A DNA stretch of 64,000 nucleotides. Source: Spirochaetaceae bacterium (lineage in GTDB: Bacteria; Spirochaetota; Spirochaetia; DSM-2461). Each line of letters starts with the position of its first letter. The first letter of the stretch is position 1. The DNA is taken from assembly GCA_965224705.1 (NCBI GenBank), contig OZ245056.1, forward strand, positions 96,001-160,000, written 5' to 3'. Positions 60,531-64,000 of the stretch are shown here, one piece after another. A program made the position numbers and the translations under genes. The notes below the pieces were generated by a model. It was not told the DNA's origin, searched no databases, and was given only the letters and a program-made list of their open reading frames with translations.

Positions 60531-62561
60531 TCAGGGAACGGACAGGAGTCTGGATCGGAATGCAGGATCGGGTGCCGTTGTATTCTCAGGATACTCCGGG
60601 ATATCCAGAAAAAACACTTCATCTCCAGTTGAGATGAAATCAAATTCACCATTCCGTATGAATTTACCCTCACTCAATGCCTCCGAAATATCAGTGATAT
60701 TGACACTTCCAAGATAATCAGAAACTGGATAATCAATTCCCTCCTCTGTAACAGCGGGACGTGCGGCCCCCTTTCGAAGAACCACAAGAGATGCATCCTT
60801 CTCAATACCCTGCCACCGGCCCTTATTGAGAAGCAGAGTATCTCCCTGCACATCCAGTATGGATATTTTCATTGGGATGAAGGAGGATACATCCTGAACG
60901 AGCAGGTTCAAGCTGTCCTTAACTTTTTCCTGACCCGTCCTCAACTGTGTCACCTGGGTCACAACCTCCCCTGTTCTGCCAAGGTAGACTGTTGCAGCTG
61001 CACTGAAACTGCGATCCGTTTCGGCGAAATTGAGTAATATGAAGTAATCCACTGTCTCACGAGCCGTTCTAAATGCCTCGGTATAGCTGCTAACTTCCCG
61101 TACTCCAGGTCGAATTCCCCCATCAAGATTGACTACGGAAATTTCTGATCGGGCATCCAGCAGATTTGCAGCATGAGATGCCACGGCCATACCTGCCCCC
61201 TCATGATTATGAAACAATTGCTTCTCAAGAATAATAAATACTCCGACTTTCCAGTCTGAGGGAGGAAAGTTCCATGGGTCGTCTATACCCCAATCCCCGG
61301 CAAGACTGCTGATTTCAGAATGCTCAAGCAGATTGAGATACTTTTGAACAGAAGACTGTCTTTCAGAATCATTTTGAAGCTCAACTGTAATCGCATATAA
61401 CTCATCTCGATATTTCCCGGGGAAACCCATGAGACGAATCAGATTGGCATATTTCAACCAGTGTTCCACGTTGGTACTGTCGATTTTCCTGGCCCATTGG
61501 TAAGAAACCAATGCCTGCCTGTAGTAATAGGATTCCTCAAGCCTTTTTCCCTTATTGATATGCCAGGAGGCCGCATCTGTACGAAACTCCATCAGGCCAT
61601 CGATAGCCTGCACCAGAGGTGCTTCTCTGAAGATTCTTGTCACCTCATCATCAGGATTCTGTCTCAGCAGAAGTCTCAAAAAACCCTGAGCAGTCGATTC
61701 CTGTCCCAGATCCCTGTAGATTCTGGCTTTGAGGAACAGCAATTCCGAATCCTCATCACCTGGGATGGATTCCAGGTGGGCAAGAGCAGCAGCAGGATCT
61801 CCCCGCCTGAGAGCCATGGAAGCATTGAGAATAGAAATACGTCTGTAACGTCCATCATGGGGCCCCTGAAGCATTGCCCTGGCATGATCAAGGTGTTCGG
61901 CCACTTCATCCCACTCGTCATACAGAGCATGGTGTTCAGCAGCCTGTATCCTGAGATGTAAATCATTGGGATACAGCCTGAGAGCTTCTGTTAAAATGTT
62001 CTCTCCCTGAGTTTTTTCTCTGGCATTATCATGAAGTATGATCAGCTGCAGCAGGACTCGCAGGTTTCCCGGAGAGTATTCGAGACTGCGATTATAGGCT
62101 CTGTCCGCCAGATCCCTCCTGCCCTGTATCGCATAAACCTCTCCAAGACCCTGGTTTACCTCTGAATCATACGGTCTTCTTGTCAATAAGTCAGTATACA
62201 GAGCAATCGCTTCATCATATCGAGCAAGAGCTGTGAGGATTCTTGCCTCAATAATAATTCGTCGTTTATCCTGGAAGGTATAGCGTTTGGCTGCTGTTAT
62301 TTCCTTGTATGCTTCTGAATACTCACCCAGAAGATATAAGGCCTCCGCCATGCTCAAACGGGCATCAGCATACGATGGATTAAGTATGATGGCCATCCTG
62401 AATGACTCAATGGCTGTGTAGTAATCATCCGATTCCATCGCCTGTTTCCCAATTCGATAGAGATCACGTTCCCTGATTTTTTCATTGGCATATAATTGAT
62501 CTGTACTGGAAAAAAAAGAAATCAAACAGAGAATAAGTAAGTGCAATTCTTTTTTATTCAC
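60531..62561 (-). CDS. Exported tetratricopeptide-repeat protein
   Basis: Signal-like N-terminus after GTG 62561 and multiple TPR-like repeats. Confidence 0.85.
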   Translation of the reverse strand: MNKKELHLLILCLISFFSSTDQLYANEKIRERDLYRIGKQAMESDDYYTAIESFRMAIILNPSYADARLSMAEALYLLGEYSEAYKEITAAKRYTFQDKRRIIIEARILTALARYDEAIALYTDLLTRRPYDSEVNQGLGEVYAIQGRRDLADRAYNRSLEYSPGNLRVLLQLIILHDNAREKTQGENILTEALRLYPNDLHLRIQAAEHHALYDEWDEVAEHLDHARAMLQGPHDGRYRRISILNASMALRRGDPAAALAHLESIPGDEDSELLFLKARIYRDLGQESTAQGFLRLLLRQNPDDEVTRIFREAPLVQAIDGLMEFRTDAASWHINKGKRLEESYYYRQALVSYQWARKIDSTNVEHWLKYANLIRLMGFPGKYRDELYAITVELQNDSERQSSVQKYLNLLEHSEISSLAGDWGIDDPWNFPPSDWKVGVFIILEKQLFHNHEGAGMAVASHAANLLDARSEISVVNLDGGIRPGVREVSSYTEAFRTARETVDYFILLNFAETDRSFSAAATVYLGRTGEVVTQVTQLRTGQEKVKDSLNLLVQDVSSFIPMKISILDVQGDTLLLNKGRWQGIEKDASLVVLRKGAARPAVTEEGIDYPVSDYLGSVNITDISEALSEGKFIRNGEFDFISTGDEVFFLDIPEYPENTTAPDPAFRSRLLSVP

Positions 62562-63342
62562 TGCTCGGAATCTCTCTGGAAACCTTAACCTGCTGGATTT
62601 TATGACCATCAAGGGATTTGATGACAAAGGTGTACCCATTCCATGAAGTTTTTTCATAACGGCCTGGAATTTTACCGAACAGATCGAAAACAAATCCGCC
62701 AAGGGTATCAAAGTCGTCCGCAGGCATCTGGCTGCCCAGAGCATCATTTAACTCTTCCATGTTAACCCTGGCATCACAGAGCCATTCGTTTTCACCAGCC
62801 TTGAGTATGTCTTCAACTTCATTGTCAAATTCATCCTGGATATCCCCAACAATTTTCTCAAGAATATCCTCCATTGAAATGATACCCGATACACCTCCAT
62901 ACTCATCCACCGTAATAGCGATATGGGTACGCCGCTGCTTCATTTCCCGAAGCAAACTATCCAGTTTCATGCTTTCGGGAACAAAATAGGCTGGCCGGAC
63001 AACATCGGGAATGGAGATATTGCCCCCATCAATAAAAGATGTAAGAAGATCTTTTACATACAAAATTCCAATAACATTATCAATGGTATCCCTGTACACT
63101 GGAAAGCGGGAATGTCCAGATTTCATGAGGTTGGAGAGAGATTCCCCAACACCTGTATCCTCAGGGACGAAAACTGTATCGATTCTCGGTATCATGACTT
63201 CCTTGGCGGGAGTATCGGAAAGCCCCACAATACCGCGCACCATACCCCGTTCTTCCTCATCCAGATTCTCAAGACCTTTCGACTCAATGGGAGCATCCTG
63301 CTTCCTGTACATGCTCCGAAACCATTTCTTTAAATCAATCAT
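62554..63342 (-). CDS. CBS-pair/CorC domain protein (TlyC/YbeX-like)
   Basis: EVMIPR, SGHSRFPVY, VDEYGG, EDILE.IVGDIQDEFD, DTLGGF. Confidence 0.92.
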   Translation of the reverse strand: MIDLKKWFRSMYRKQDAPIESKGLENLDEEERGMVRGIVGLSDTPAKEVMIPRIDTVFVPEDTGVGESLSNLMKSGHSRFPVYRDTIDNVIGILYVKDLLTSFIDGGNISIPDVVRPAYFVPESMKLDSLLREMKQRRTHIAITVDEYGGVSGIISMEDILEKIVGDIQDEFDNEVEDILKAGENEWLCDARVNMEELNDALGSQMPADDFDTLGGFVFDLFGKIPGRYEKTSWNGYTFVIKSLDGHKIQQVKVSREIPSSE

Positions 63343-63804
63343 TTATAAGCTGACCACCAGATTCCCAGTACCGGAAACAAGTTTTTCCTGAAGTGTCAGC
63401 ATGGTCCCTTCAAAGTCATCTCCAGGATGATCCATTCCCGCGAGGTGAAGCATGCCGTGAATGATTACCCTTCTCAATTCTTCTTCCATAGGACGGTTGA
63501 GTAATTCCGACTGCTCAGCCACCCGTTCAAAAGACACGACAATATCCCCGGCTTCCATGAACTGGTCTTCCATGACAGGTATGGATTCTCCTTCACTCTG
63601 CACAAAAGATAACACATCGGTTGCGGCATCAATGTTTCTCCATCTGTAGTTATAGCGGCGCATATCCTCGTCATTGGTAATAAGAAGACCGATACTCCAG
63701 GCCTTGACACCAATTCTATCAAGAACTCCTTCCATGAATAACCGGATAGATTCCAGATTATAAGGTATTGTATCCAGAGTGTTAATTATCTCGATTTCAT
63801 TCAT
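63343..63804 (-). CDS. ybeY: rRNA maturation endoribonuclease YbeY
   Basis: TDVLSF, GDIVVS, HGMLHLAGMDH. Confidence 0.95.
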   Translation of the reverse strand: MNEIEIINTLDTIPYNLESIRLFMEGVLDRIGVKAWSIGLLITNDEDMRRYNYRWRNIDAATDVLSFVQSEGESIPVMEDQFMEAGDIVVSFERVAEQSELLNRPMEEELRRVIIHGMLHLAGMDHPGDDFEGTMLTLQEKLVSGTGNLVVSL

Positions 63805-64000
63805 CGCCCTTTATTCCCATGATTCTCATACGCATCAACAATTCTCTTCACCAATGGATGGCGGACCACATCCTCTGATGTAAATCTGATAACTGCGACT
63901 TCCGCAAGATGTTCCAGTATTTCTATTGCGTCAGCCAAACCGGAAGCTCTGTTCTGCGTGAGATCAATCTGTGTAAGATCACCTGTTACAATAACTCTGG
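63801..64000 (-). CDS. phoH: PhoH-like ATPase, C-terminal part
   Basis: VTGDLTQIDL..SGL..DVVRHPLVKRIVDAYE; stop overlaps the ybeY start. Confidence 0.9.
   Translation of the reverse strand, partial: RVIVTGDLTQIDLTQNRASGLADAIEILEHLAEVAVIRFTSEDVVRHPLVKRIVDAYENHGNKGR

Noticed and set aside
1..64000. CRISPR array, rRNA or tRNA genes
   Set aside because: No regularly spaced repeat-spacer series or recognisable structural RNA gene was seen by eye; the repeats are dispersed MITE-type elements.

Overview
A 64-kb bacterial window, probably from a spirochaete. Evidence for that is the phoH-ybeY-CBS/CorC-TPR gene order at the right end and a spirochaete-like ssb remnant; this is inference, not a database result. 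The left half (1-38.5 kb) holds metabolic and transport genes: a GntP permease; a sigma54 two-component system upstream of tctCBA, a Na/Pi cotransporter and a PhnD-like protein; amtB-glnK; a GH43 hydrolase; an AAA/PD-(D/E)XK nuclease; an SSS symporter; an EcoRII-like type II R-M pair; a DUF1007 plus Ni/Co transporter pair; a glycerol operon; and hcpR-hcp. These are separated by many IS remnants, nested MITEs and a group II intron 5' fragment. From about 38.5 to 60.4 kb is a defence island bounded by IS630 sequences. It contains a decayed type I R-M system (hsdS frameshifted; hsdR frameshifted twice and split by ISL3). Between hsdS and hsdR lie an intact HNH-type ABC-three-component (Lamassu-like) system and an intact AAA_21 ATPase plus DUF4276-like pair. 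Next to these is an AT-rich five-gene operon (NAD-dependent epimerase, MoaA-like radical SAM, large SIR2-domain protein, PP-loop enzyme, GrpB nucleotidyltransferase). I do not recognise this operon as any named system, and it is the best candidate for an undescribed system. No CRISPR array, rRNA or tRNA was seen. All family calls come from motifs read by eye.
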